In this document: positions 9,979 to 19,371 of the stretch, piece after piece
Layout of the letters: every line of letters begins with the position of its first letter
How positions within the stretch are numbered: the stretch's first letter is position 1
Position numbers and translations under genes: made by a program
The notes under the pieces: generated by a model
Told to the model about the DNA's origin: nothing
Databases searched by the model: none
The model's input: only the letters and a program-made list of their open reading frames with translations
Virus record (IMG/VR): IMGVR_UViG_3300039008_000208
Coordinates: 1-64,000 of that record
DNA: 64,000 nucleotides
Reading direction: 5' to 3' (one strand)
From: a virus

Positions 9979-10916
9979 CTGAGCAAGTAATTGGGACATC
10001 CCAAAAGAAGTATTTAGAAGAATACATTGGACGTGTCATTAATGTGCATGACCCTAAGCATCTCATGCGAGTGCAGGTTTTTGTTGAGTCTTTATTTGAC
10101 GGGATGAAAGAAAAAGACTTGCCGTGGGCAACGTATAAACTTCCAATTGGTGCTCGGTTAAATGAAGGGGCTATTACTCCGGTAAAGGTCGGAGATTATG
10201 TTTGGATCGATTTTCCGTTTAATGGAGATTCGCGACAGCCACGTATTACGGGGAGTGTTCATTATTGTCCGGATAATGTTTGTCATTTGCCGGATGAAGC
10301 TTGGAAAGGGAAAGAAATTTATAGCCATAAACGAATTGGAAGTGAGTTAGAGCCTAGTCCCGTTGGCTATCATCGGGATACCGTCATTGATCAACATGGC
10401 GTTCTTGTAGAAGTTGTTGACCCTACAGGTGAAATTCGAGTTACACAAAAAGTAAGTGGATCAGCAGTAGAGATAGATCGTGATGGAAATATCACTGCAC
10501 ATTCAGAAAAGAATTTATTTGGTTCCAGTAAAGAGAATACGGAACTTATTGTTGGGAAAGATTTTATTGGAACAGTGGAAGGAGATTCAATTCTTACGGT
10601 TCAAGGAAATTCAACTCTTGATTGTAAGAAGGATATCTTAGCAAAAGCTGGTGGGAAAGCGCAGGTAAGGGCAACTAAGTCTGCAACATTGGAAGCTCCT
10701 ACAATTTATTTATCTGGAAATGTGTCTTCTGCTGCATCTGATGGTGGGACGGCTACGGAAACGAAGAAGGCTAATACGACTCATACTGGGTCATATCGGC
10801 TGATCGGTACACTACATGTTGATAATATCAAATGTGAGGAAAAAATTACATGTAAAGGGAATGTGTCGGCTCCTTTTTTTGATGGAACTGCTAAATACGC
10901 AAATCAGATTGGTTAA
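9975..10916 (+). CDS. baseplate central spike (gp5/gpV/VgrG-like OB fold plus beta-helix)
   Basis: DLPWATYKLPIG...VKVGDYVWIDFPFNGDSRQPRITGSV matches the spike OB-fold signature. The C-terminus is repetitive and beta-helix-like. Confidence 0.6.
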   Translation: MTEQVIGTSQKKYLEEYIGRVINVHDPKHLMRVQVFVESLFDGMKEKDLPWATYKLPIGARLNEGAITPVKVGDYVWIDFPFNGDSRQPRITGSVHYCPDNVCHLPDEAWKGKEIYSHKRIGSELEPSPVGYHRDTVIDQHGVLVEVVDPTGEIRVTQKVSGSAVEIDRDGNITAHSEKNLFGSSKENTELIVGKDFIGTVEGDSILTVQGNSTLDCKKDILAKAGGKAQVRATKSATLEAPTIYLSGNVSSAASDGGTATETKKANTTHTGSYRLIGTLHVDNIKCEEKITCKGNVSAPFFDGTAKYANQIG

Positions 10917-10949
10917 AAAGAAGATGAGTGGCTTTCCACTCTTTTCTAC

Positions 10950-11293
10950 TTTTACTCTTTTAGTAAGCATTTATTCTTTTACTCTTTTACTTATATAATG
11001 ATAAAAAGGTATTTTTTGCTTATAAAGCTACATTTAGGATGTCTTAAAACTACATTTGGGATGCTTGAAAGCTACATTTAGGATGTTTGAAGCTACATTT
11101 AGGATGTTTGGAAGCTACATTTAGGATTAACCTAATTTGTAGCTTTTTTTGTACGGAAAACACCCCTTAAACCCTTATGTAGCACAGGTTATAGGGGTGT
11201 TCTGTGAGTTATTTTTTTATAAAAAGCTACATTTGGGATGGAAAGTAGAAGAAAGAACTTCCTTCCGTTGTCTTTAAAGCTACATTTAGGATG
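10950..11293. repeat. plasmid-type origin: AT-rich 13-mers plus iteron array
   Basis: TTTTACTCTTTTA occurs twice (10950, 10977). The iteron GCTACATTT(A/G)GGATG starts at 11027, 11049, 11071, 11092 and 11114 (21-22 bp phasing). There is an inverted partial copy at 11131-11143 and further copies at 11226 and 11279. Confidence 0.8.
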
Positions 11294-11382
11294 TTATAAA
11301 GCTCATGGCTTTTTCATTTTGAGCTTGATCCGCGTTCTTGTTCGCTGTAAATAAAAGAAGTTCTTTGAAGGAGAAAGCCCAA

Positions 11383-12645
11383 ATGCCAACGAACAGTAAT
11401 AACGAAAAGAAAGCAGGTGTAACGAACAATAGTGTTGTCGCAAAAGACAACTCGTTAATTTCGTTTTTATGCCGTTTTGACTTAACGGAGCTACGTTTTT
11501 TAACATTTTGCATTGCCCATTATGATAGTAGGAAGGGAAACTATAGCGTAACTACTCATGTTAGTGATTTTTGTAAGGTGTACAATATTACTAAGGGCAA
11601 AGCGTATAACCAGCTTAAGCAAATTTTTAGAGCATTTAACGAAAAGCCTTACGAGGCTCAGATAGGGAAAAAACAGATAATTCGAAACTGGTTTACTGGT
11701 GCGGATTATGATGGCGGGTATATTACCTTTACGTTGAATAAAGAGATAGAGCCGTTACTGTTAGAACTCAAAGGCTCTTTTTCAAAATACAGATTGCGAG
11801 ACGTAAGCAAAATACGATCTGCGGTTGCTTGGCGGCTCTATGAGAACTTAAATCAACGTCATGGCCTAAAAACGTGGACTGTTGAGCTCGAATTACTCAA
11901 AAGTTTATTAGGCATTGAAAATAAGCACCCTCGTTGGCAAAATTTAAAAATGCGAGTGATTGAACCTTGCTTGAAGGAAATCAACGAAGTTACTAATTTA
12001 GAGGTTTCATATCAGCCAGTAAAAAAAGGGCGTACCGTTGCCAGTGTCGCATTCTTTATTGACACTAAACAGCAGCCCGAAGTCATTACTCTTGGAAAAG
12101 AGAAAGAAGAACTTTTCAAAAAACTACTTGAAATGGGACTTGGAGAGGATAAAACTTCAGTGCTCACAGATAAGGCTGTAACATATGGATTATGTACAGA
12201 GCTTATTGAGAAAATTCCTGACTATCAAGAGCGATGGATGCAGAAGAAAATTGGGACGTTGTCCAGTGCTGTAGAGTTTTGTGTAAATGCTAGAATTGCA
12301 GAACTTGAAGTTGCAAATGATGAACAGCAGGGGGGAGAGGAACTTTACAGCCTTCTTTGTGATTGCGGCCTTGCTCAAAAGACTGCAATTACTTATGCCG
12401 AGAATGCATTACGGTACGGTGTTTATGAACACTTTTTGGATAAAGTTCCGACCCTCAAGGAGCGGTGGGAGCGGAAGAAATCGGGGTCGCTAGCCGCTTA
12501 TGTCACAGGGGTATTGAAACAAGAGCTTGCTAAACTTGATGAACCTAAAGTTCCTGATGAAGATATGTCTCCTCCCTCTAAGATGATGCCAGAAGATCGC
12601 CATGACGCTAACAACTGGAAACATCACCTTTCAAAAAACAAGTAG
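11383..12645 (+). CDS. Rep_3-family iteron-binding replication initiator with an extended C-terminus
   Basis: ATG 11383 is preceded by GGAG. VVAKDNSLISF...LTELRFLTFCIAHYD...AWRLYENL...SYQPVKKGRTV is typical of RepA/Rep_3 initiators. The gene is adjacent to the iterons. Confidence 0.75.
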   Translation: MPTNSNNEKKAGVTNNSVVAKDNSLISFLCRFDLTELRFLTFCIAHYDSRKGNYSVTTHVSDFCKVYNITKGKAYNQLKQIFRAFNEKPYEAQIGKKQIIRNWFTGADYDGGYITFTLNKEIEPLLLELKGSFSKYRLRDVSKIRSAVAWRLYENLNQRHGLKTWTVELELLKSLLGIENKHPRWQNLKMRVIEPCLKEINEVTNLEVSYQPVKKGRTVASVAFFIDTKQQPEVITLGKEKEELFKKLLEMGLGEDKTSVLTDKAVTYGLCTELIEKIPDYQERWMQKKIGTLSSAVEFCVNARIAELEVANDEQQGGEELYSLLCDCGLAQKTAITYAENALRYGVYEHFLDKVPTLKERWERKKSGSLAAYVTGVLKQELAKLDEPKVPDEDMSPPSKMMPEDRHDANNWKHHLSKNK

Positions 12646-12664
12646 TAGTAAAACAGATTTAAAA

Positions 12665-12696
12665 ATCCCCTCTTTTGCATGAGGGGATTTTTTTTT
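12665..12696 (+). terminator. Rho-independent terminator after rep
   Basis: Stem atcccctc / gaggggat followed by a T8 run. Confidence 0.75.
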
Positions 12697-12798
12697 GCGA
12701 AATACGACAGATAGATCATGTCACTCTCCCTTTTTTGGGAAAAGCTCTCTAGCGTGAGTTTTGATTTAAAAAAACTCAGAACTCTAAAGGGAAATTTT

Positions 12799-14496
12799 AT
12801 GAGTGACACTAAAGCATATCTTGAACAAATTCAGGATACTTCTACCCGTGCCGCAGAGATGAAAAAGGCACTGCTGTACCCAGTCCTTTCTGCCGAAGGT
12901 ACTTTCATGACAACTGCTGAGCAGAAGAAAGTTCTTAACGAAGGATCAATTGTCTCCGGCACCGTCTATGAAGGCGTTGGTGCATCTGGTGCTCTTTTGC
13001 TGGCACAGAACAGCCGTTCATTACAGCATTATTGTAACAAACACGGTATGCCATCTGACGATCTCCTTGCTTCTGCACATGTAGCCATTGAAAATGGCAT
13101 AAAGCTCTATGCTGACTCGCATGAACTTTCTGGCACAGGCTCCATTTTTGAAAGCGTCGGTACTGAGTATAAAGATGAAGCTCAGATGATTCTGGACTCG
13201 GCAAGCGACGCGCAGGAAGGCAAAACGCTGAATACTTCTGATGGCATTATCATGCGCGATCGCATGATTGGCCTTGTGTTGCCAGTAATGCTGCAAGGTA
13301 TTTCTCATCGTCTTGCTACTCACATTCCAGCACATGCGAACCAGTCTGAAATCTTCAAAATGTCCCGTGTTGCGATGAGCACTTTTGGTGGGCTGAAGAA
13401 GAATGACGTTATCGATGTGGACTACAATGGTTCTTACTCCTGCATGGATCAGCGCTGGCAAGCGCCATCCGGTGATGGAACAAAGAAAGGGGATAATGGT
13501 GAATTTAACCTTAACACCGCAGATGCTTTTGAGACAAAGTACCCCCTTAAGCCAAAACGCTGTCGCATTATTGTAGATCACAAAGTTGTTGGCGCAGATA
13601 ACGGCAGTGGCAACCTTTCTGGGCAGTTCAGCATCGGCGACACAGTCTATCAGGTCTTTGGCACCGCCAAGTATGCAGAAGGCAAGATTGAGCCTAAATT
13701 CGACAAGCCAATTCCGGCAGATGTTACCGTTCATATTGGCTTTGATGTCGATATCGAAAAAGACCCTACTCTCATTCCGCGTGTTGACCACTTGATGGAA
13801 AGTCGCACGCTTTACCCGCATGAATCCGCAATCAATGCTGGAACCACACTTCAGGCACTGTGGAATATGCGTCGCGAACACAATGTTGAGCTCGGCAGCA
13901 TGAACATGCAAGCTATGCGTAACTTGCTTGCAATGGACAAAGACCGGAAAGTCTTGAGTGACTTATGGTTCTTCGCAGAGCACTCTCCTGTCCGCGAATG
14001 GGATGCTAACTACAGCGACGTAACAAAGCTTGAACACTATCAGACCTTGAATGAAAAGTTGGTTGCTATCAGTTCTGAACTGATGCTTGCAACTCGTAAG
14101 TCTGGCCTTGTTTCTATTGTTGCTGATCCTCTTTCTGCTGCGATTCTCCGCTATATGCCAGCGCCATTCTTTGAACCCGTTGCTGGCTATCGTGAAATTC
14201 CACAGCCGCATTATGCCGGTAAATTGTTTGGTCGCTATGACTTGTTCATTGATCCTAGCGCTCCTGCGAATAAGCTTTTGTGCTGCGCTAAAGGCACAGG
14301 CTATGGCGAAGCCGGTTACGTCATTGGCGATGCTATTCCTGCATTGTCCTTTAAGCATCCAGTCATGTCCGAACTTCAGTACAAATCTACCCTGTGGTCT
14401 TTGGGGTATCGCGATATTCATCCGTATGATGGCGAAGACTACTTCATGATCTTGTCCATCAAAAACAACCCTGTAACTGAGTTCCGTCGCAAATAA
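12799..14496 (+). CDS. candidate major capsid protein
   Basis: ATG 12799 has AAGGGA upstream. 565 aa, highly expressed-looking ORF just upstream of the sheath gene. The C-terminal region resembles large HK97-fold capsid proteins. Not verified. Confidence 0.4.
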   Translation: MSDTKAYLEQIQDTSTRAAEMKKALLYPVLSAEGTFMTTAEQKKVLNEGSIVSGTVYEGVGASGALLLAQNSRSLQHYCNKHGMPSDDLLASAHVAIENGIKLYADSHELSGTGSIFESVGTEYKDEAQMILDSASDAQEGKTLNTSDGIIMRDRMIGLVLPVMLQGISHRLATHIPAHANQSEIFKMSRVAMSTFGGLKKNDVIDVDYNGSYSCMDQRWQAPSGDGTKKGDNGEFNLNTADAFETKYPLKPKRCRIIVDHKVVGADNGSGNLSGQFSIGDTVYQVFGTAKYAEGKIEPKFDKPIPADVTVHIGFDVDIEKDPTLIPRVDHLMESRTLYPHESAINAGTTLQALWNMRREHNVELGSMNMQAMRNLLAMDKDRKVLSDLWFFAEHSPVREWDANYSDVTKLEHYQTLNEKLVAISSELMLATRKSGLVSIVADPLSAAILRYMPAPFFEPVAGYREIPQPHYAGKLFGRYDLFIDPSAPANKLLCCAKGTGYGEAGYVIGDAIPALSFKHPVMSELQYKSTLWSLGYRDIHPYDGEDYFMILSIKNNPVTEFRRK

Positions 14497-14506
14497 GGGG
14501 GGCACA

Positions 14507-14941
14507 ATGGTTACGGTAGTTTTTAAAAATAATTCAGGTCGAACTGTTGAAGTTATCCATCAAAGAAAAACCCTGTGTTTCTTTGGGGGCGCTACTGTGA
14601 CTCATGACTTTGAAAGTTCAAAGCTCACAGATCAGTTCCTTGCCGATGTAAAACGCCGTTATCCAGCCATCCAAATTTCCCTTGTTGATAAAGAGGGGGA
14701 GGAATCTCCCCCTTCAGCGGGAACAGATGCAGGAAGTGCAAGTGATCCTGTCACCAAGAAAAAGGTAACTTTGGAAGAGTTTTCTGCTTTGGTGAAGGAT
14801 GCCATGCACTCTGGCACCGGATGGTGGACTGTGACCGTTGAAGGTGTTGAAAAACCTTTCAAGGTTCAGGCTGGAAAAAACAATAAAGAAAAAGCAATCG
14901 AAATGGCTTTTTCTGAATATTGTGAGGGCGTAGATGAATAG
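14507..14941 (+). CDS. hypothetical virion-module protein
   Basis: 144-aa ORF between the capsid candidate and the sheath gene. Confidence 0.4.
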   Translation: MVTVVFKNNSGRTVEVIHQRKTLCFFGGATVTHDFESSKLTDQFLADVKRRYPAIQISLVDKEGEESPPSAGTDAGSASDPVTKKKVTLEEFSALVKDAMHSGTGWWTVTVEGVEKPFKVQAGKNNKEKAIEMAFSEYCEGVDE

Positions 14942-16850
14942 TAAAATTACAAATGCCGCTGGAATTTACACTCAGGAGCCAATTGATAATACCTTTTCCT
15001 CTGGAGGCGGTGCGGTTGCTGTGGGCGGCACGGTAATTATGGCGAATAAAGGCCGTGTAGGCGTTGTTCAGCAGGTTCTTGAAACTAACTGGAAGAAGCG
15101 TTTTGGTAAGCCGTTGCCCAAAAAAATGGCAGGGATGGAAGGGCTTCGCCATCTCTCTGAAGCAACAAAAGACTGCAACTACGTACAAGTTGTTCGTGTT
15201 GTAGCAGCAGATGCAAAATACCCCCTCTTATCTCTGCGTCGTGCAGTAGACCGTGGCAAATGGAAATCTAAAACAGATTACGTTGCTGGTGATATTGTTC
15301 GTCATTCTGATGAGCTTACCATGCTTCGTGTTCTTGTAAATCACACTTCAGAAGATTCTGAGCCATCTACGGAATCTCTGAACGATAACTATGGCATTTT
15401 TTTCCAGCACAAAGGCACTGATAAGGGAGAATGGAAGGCTGCAACGTCATATGCGGTTGGCGATATTGCAAAGCTTTCAGATGGTACTCTGATTCGCTGT
15501 ATGAAAGAGCATACATCATCAGGGCAATCTCCTGTCGCAGATAAGCTTGGTGCAGAATGGCAGTACTTTACGTTGTCTGCGCCGGTTGAAAACTATTTTG
15601 ACGTTGATGCAAAAGCCTATGGAACCGAGGTGCTGAATGGTGATGATGATCTGATGATTGTCTCTCCTATTGACGGCGATCCTTCCATTAACCGTTCTTT
15701 GCGAATCGAAGAGCTCGATGAAAAAACAAAACGCTTCACTATGACATTTCTTGATAAGAATGAGCTTGGTGAAGAAGTTGTCCTTGAATCTCACACTGTC
15801 GGTATTGATCCAGATGATACGGACGACATGGGTGCTCCTGCGTACATTGAAACTGTTTTTGAAAACCAGTCGGGCGCATTCAAAGTGGACTGGAACGACA
15901 ATTACGCTTGGGAAGATGCAATTGATGCCCTTCGTGCAATTGAATCCGAAGATTTACGACCTACGCAAATTGCATTCAAGGGCGGTACGAACGGCGGAAC
16001 TCCAACCACTGAAGATTGGAAAAAAGCATGGAATCTCCTCCGCAATGAAGATGTCGTTGTTCAACTTTTGTTTGCAGGTGGTAACTATGATCCGGACGTT
16101 ATTGCTCATGCAGGTAGCATTGCTGACTTCCGACATTGCTCACTTGACTTTGATGCACCGCCGTACCTGAATCGGGAAGCCGCTATCAAATGGGTTCAGG
16201 ATGCAGGATTTAATTCTCGCCATATGCGTTGCTACCATGCCCCATATAAGGCCAACGACCCTTGGCGTGGTGGTAAAACTGTTTGGGGTGTTTCCGGATC
16301 GGCAGCGGCAGCAAAGGCACGTTGTAATTCTATGTTTCGAGGTGCTACTCCATGCGTCCACATGTCCCATGCTGGCGAAAAACGTGGATTTATTGAGCGC
16401 ACTGGCATCGTGGCATTGTACCCAGATAGCGAATTAGATCGTGATGCATTCTATAAGGCTCGCATTAACCCTGTAGTTCCATCTACCGGTGCTGGTGTCA
16501 TTATCGACGACAACCTGACTATGCATCATTTGGAAAACTACAGTCGCTTTGGTTGGGTTACGGACATTCTGGATTTCATCGATCACATCTATGAAGAAGT
16601 AGCGCATAACGCACAGCATGATGATGATGCCAATACGGTGCAAATTCTTACTGATGGCATGAAAACAAAGCTCGATGAACTCGTGGTGTCCGGTGCTTTA
16701 GTTCCTCCTCGCAATCCTGCCGTTGATGGCAATCAGCCGTATGTTCTGACGGTAAAGCAATTGAAAATTGATATGTGGTCTGTGCAGTGGGATGTCTGTC
16801 CTACTGGTTCTGCACGTCGCATCACAGGCCAGCCAAAAATGGTTAAGTAG
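14934..16850 (+). CDS. contractile tail sheath protein
   Basis: The N-terminus AGIYTQEPIDNTFSSGGGAVAVGG...WKKRFG...YVQVVRVV follows the conserved sheath pattern. 638 aa. Confidence 0.7.
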   Translation: MNSKITNAAGIYTQEPIDNTFSSGGGAVAVGGTVIMANKGRVGVVQQVLETNWKKRFGKPLPKKMAGMEGLRHLSEATKDCNYVQVVRVVAADAKYPLLSLRRAVDRGKWKSKTDYVAGDIVRHSDELTMLRVLVNHTSEDSEPSTESLNDNYGIFFQHKGTDKGEWKAATSYAVGDIAKLSDGTLIRCMKEHTSSGQSPVADKLGAEWQYFTLSAPVENYFDVDAKAYGTEVLNGDDDLMIVSPIDGDPSINRSLRIEELDEKTKRFTMTFLDKNELGEEVVLESHTVGIDPDDTDDMGAPAYIETVFENQSGAFKVDWNDNYAWEDAIDALRAIESEDLRPTQIAFKGGTNGGTPTTEDWKKAWNLLRNEDVVVQLLFAGGNYDPDVIAHAGSIADFRHCSLDFDAPPYLNREAAIKWVQDAGFNSRHMRCYHAPYKANDPWRGGKTVWGVSGSAAAAKARCNSMFRGATPCVHMSHAGEKRGFIERTGIVALYPDSELDRDAFYKARINPVVPSTGAGVIIDDNLTMHHLENYSRFGWVTDILDFIDHIYEEVAHNAQHDDDANTVQILTDGMKTKLDELVVSGALVPPRNPAVDGNQPYVLTVKQLKIDMWSVQWDVCPTGSARRITGQPKMVK

Positions 16851-16857
16851 GTACATT

Positions 16858-17622
16858 ATGGGAAATTTTGTTTTTGAACGTGATTCTGATTTTGCTGGCC
16901 TTGTAACTCTTGGTGTCGAACCAGCTTCGCCCGATACTTCTGCTGGTACTGATCAGCTTTTTGAGTCTGTAACGGTAGACGGTAAAAGCATCGATGATGC
17001 TCGTCTTCGTGCGATGGCGATGGGAGCAGTCATGACTTGGGTTGAACAGGGCGAATTTGACTACAGCGAACTTGAAGCCCTTGTTATCGGCGTTACTGAC
17101 CTCGATGGGGAAGAGGAAGTTTCTAAGGATGAGGAAGAGTTCTATTCCGCAGTTTGGGATGAAGTGCCTAATGCTTTGCTGTCCCTTGGCGGCTCTGCTG
17201 AAAACATTACAGACTTCATTGACAATGAAGACGATGATGCCGGTTCTCGCCTTGGCGCGCGCTTAAAAAAAGTGTTGGACGAAGAAACCGCAGAGGACAG
17301 TGAAATTGTGCTGGCCTTTGCAGAGGGTTCTGAAGACGCTCTTCTTGAAGGGGCGAATGAAGCAGATGATGGTGGCTTTATTTATGAATCCATCATGCAA
17401 GATAAAGATGGTAACGACATGCTGCTCGAAGCAGCATTTAAGAAAGTGAAAGTCATTAAAGATGGCAAAGTTACCATTAAGAAAAAGCGTGTTTCCGGAA
17501 AAGCTCGCCTTTCTGCTGCACAGAAAGCTGGTTTGAAAAAAGCGCGTCGTAAAGCAAATAGCGCAGCAGCACGCAAAAAGCGCAAAAAATCCATGAAGCA
17601 GCGTAAAGCCAGAGGTATGTAG
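16858..17622 (+). CDS. acidic protein with a highly basic C-terminal tail
   Basis: ATG 16858 follows the sheath stop. The body is D/E-rich and the tail is K/R-rich (KKRKKSMKQRKARGM). Confidence 0.45.
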   Translation: MGNFVFERDSDFAGLVTLGVEPASPDTSAGTDQLFESVTVDGKSIDDARLRAMAMGAVMTWVEQGEFDYSELEALVIGVTDLDGEEEVSKDEEEFYSAVWDEVPNALLSLGGSAENITDFIDNEDDDAGSRLGARLKKVLDEETAEDSEIVLAFAEGSEDALLEGANEADDGGFIYESIMQDKDGNDMLLEAAFKKVKVIKDGKVTIKKKRVSGKARLSAAQKAGLKKARRKANSAAARKKRKKSMKQRKARGM

Positions 17623-17624
17623 CG

Positions 17625-18242
17625 ATGGCTGCGCGGGGCGGGAAAACGGTTGGGGTTAATGACCCCGCCGTTTCACCGCACGTTAAAACGTGGATTATGC
17701 AAAATGGAATCATGGTCTGTGGGATAACATCTGAAGGTGCAGTAAAGGATGTTCAAGATAACTGGAACTCTCCTTTCGAAGGAGAAGCTGTGGGCAGTAA
17801 GTTTGCTAAGACTGGCGGCGTAATTCAATCTGGCCTCATAGAAGATACTGTCGGCATTGGAGCCGGATCAGGCCAAACGTCCATTAGCTTAATTCAATCA
17901 CGACAGGTATGGGAAGGCGCTCAGCCGCATTCATTTACTCTTCCTATCTGGTTTTATGCGCTGCAAGATGCATATTCTGAAGTTAGCCTTGCGTTACGGT
18001 ATTTAGAAGAATTCAGAAGTCCTGAATTAAATAATGCAACCCCCTTTGGACGCATTCCACAGCCTGTCACCATCAAAATTGGCAAGCGAGCCATTTACCC
18101 CAACTGTGTAATCGAAAGTCTTTCAGAGCCGCTTGATACACAGGTTGATAAAAACGGCTATCCAGTAACGTGCATGGTCAACCTGCAAGTTCAAACAAAG
18201 CAAATTATTAACAGGAGCCAAGTGGCTTCTCATTACGGTTAA
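17625..18242 (+). CDS. tail tube family protein candidate (gp19-like)
   Basis: 205 aa downstream of the sheath gene. The pattern WEGAQPHSFTLPIWFYA...VTIKIG...VIESLSEP...VNLQV is tube-like. Confidence 0.4.
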   Translation: MAARGGKTVGVNDPAVSPHVKTWIMQNGIMVCGITSEGAVKDVQDNWNSPFEGEAVGSKFAKTGGVIQSGLIEDTVGIGAGSGQTSISLIQSRQVWEGAQPHSFTLPIWFYALQDAYSEVSLALRYLEEFRSPELNNATPFGRIPQPVTIKIGKRAIYPNCVIESLSEPLDTQVDKNGYPVTCMVNLQVQTKQIINRSQVASHYG

Positions 18243-18253
18243 GGGAGAATCCT

Positions 18254-18784
18254 ATGGCTGTTATTTCCAATACAGGCAAAGCCAACATTCAGAAAGTCAA
18301 AAATAAACTCAAAAAAACGATGGCTCTTGGTGAATCAGTTAAGGGCAGTGAGTTCTCTGTCCAGATTGCTGGCTATCCAGACCTGTCCTTGTTGATTTCA
18401 TCTACTCAAATGGCACCAATGCAGCGTGAAGGCACAGAGCGCTTTGTAGCATTCGGGGCAAAAGTAAATGAGCAGGGGCGCTTTATGAATGCTCAGGACA
18501 TCACTTTTACCGTTGAACAGGTTGTTTCTGGTGCTTCTTACCGCGATCTTCGAAAAATTATCAAAAACAAAGAATACGTAGATATTGTGATTGGACTGGA
18601 AGGTGAATCCTTTGAAACAAATCCAGAAAACACCGTAAAACTTGAGTCTACATGGATCGAGTTGGAAGGCGCTGATGTTTCACATGAAGACGGAGCCGTC
18701 GGCATTAAAACATCCGGCACATTCCACGCAAACTGGGTTAGCTGGTTAGATGATGAGCAAGTAACCCTCCAAGGTGAAGGATAG
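18254..18784 (+). CDS. tail tube family protein candidate
   Basis: 176 aa. SEFSVQIAGYPDLSLLISSTQMAP...ITFTVEQ resembles tube/gp19-like beta-sandwich proteins. Confidence 0.4.
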   Translation: MAVISNTGKANIQKVKNKLKKTMALGESVKGSEFSVQIAGYPDLSLLISSTQMAPMQREGTERFVAFGAKVNEQGRFMNAQDITFTVEQVVSGASYRDLRKIIKNKEYVDIVIGLEGESFETNPENTVKLESTWIELEGADVSHEDGAVGIKTSGTFHANWVSWLDDEQVTLQGEG

Positions 18785-18789
18785 CACAT

Positions 18790-19368
18790 ATGACTCCAGC
18801 ACAGTTGCTTGAAGAAGCGAAAGATCAGTTCATTATTCTTTTCCATAACGAAGAATCAAAGCTGACAAGTCTGCTGCGTAAAGCACTTGGAGATTTTCAA
18901 GATAATGCTGGAGCTATGGCAAGCCTTTTAGTGGAAGACAAGGGGAGTGCAAAGCAATTCAGCTTGCCTCCCCATTTTCTTTCAACTGCCGTAGCGACAG
19001 ACAGCGATGGTGAATGGGTTTTTGTTGAAGAGTTTATTGAAGCAAACACAAATGAAAAAAAACTTCGCGCTGAAGTCGATGCAACAACTAAGTTCCCAGT
19101 CTCCGTTAAATATTTTTTAGATATTCAGCACTGGCCTTTGGATGAAGATTTACCGAATGGGGTTATTAATCCAACCCTAGATTATCTCGTGGCATTAATC
19201 GCAATCCCGAATACAGAACGAGAACGTGCTGTGATGCTCGCTAACGGTTCTCCTGTGGAGTTGCCAACGAAAGCTGAGTTGGAAGAAAAATGCGATAAAA
19301 TTAAAGAATCTTTGAGTGATAGAGCATTTCAGCTTCCTGTTGTCGCAGTATCAACAACTATGGGGTGA
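18790..19368 (+). CDS. hypothetical tail-module protein
   Basis: 192-aa ORF. Confidence 0.4.
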   Translation: MTPAQLLEEAKDQFIILFHNEESKLTSLLRKALGDFQDNAGAMASLLVEDKGSAKQFSLPPHFLSTAVATDSDGEWVFVEEFIEANTNEKKLRAEVDATTKFPVSVKYFLDIQHWPLDEDLPNGVINPTLDYLVALIAIPNTERERAVMLANGSPVELPTKAELEEKCDKIKESLSDRAFQLPVVAVSTTMG

Positions 19369-19371
19369 TGG

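Noticed and set aside
11027-11293. The regularly spaced 15-nt repeats could be read as a CRISPR array.
   Set aside because: The repeat period is only 21-22 bp, leaving 6-7 nt 'spacers'. The copies are degenerate and one is inverted. There are no cas genes, and a Rep_3 initiator follows. These are plasmid iterons.
12708-12724. CAGATAGA(T/A)CA motif after terminators at 12708 and 40408 (with weaker relatives at ~6264 and ~33757) as a late-promoter element.
   Set aside because: There are only two good copies. Distances to the downstream start codons vary from ~36 to ~100 nt, and there is no associated -10 box. Support is too weak without a genome-wide motif test.
13021-13911. 296-aa antisense ORF inside the capsid-candidate gene.
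   Set aside because: It lies entirely within a longer, better-supported plus-strand ORF. It has no RBS or context, and its composition looks like a reverse-frame artefact.
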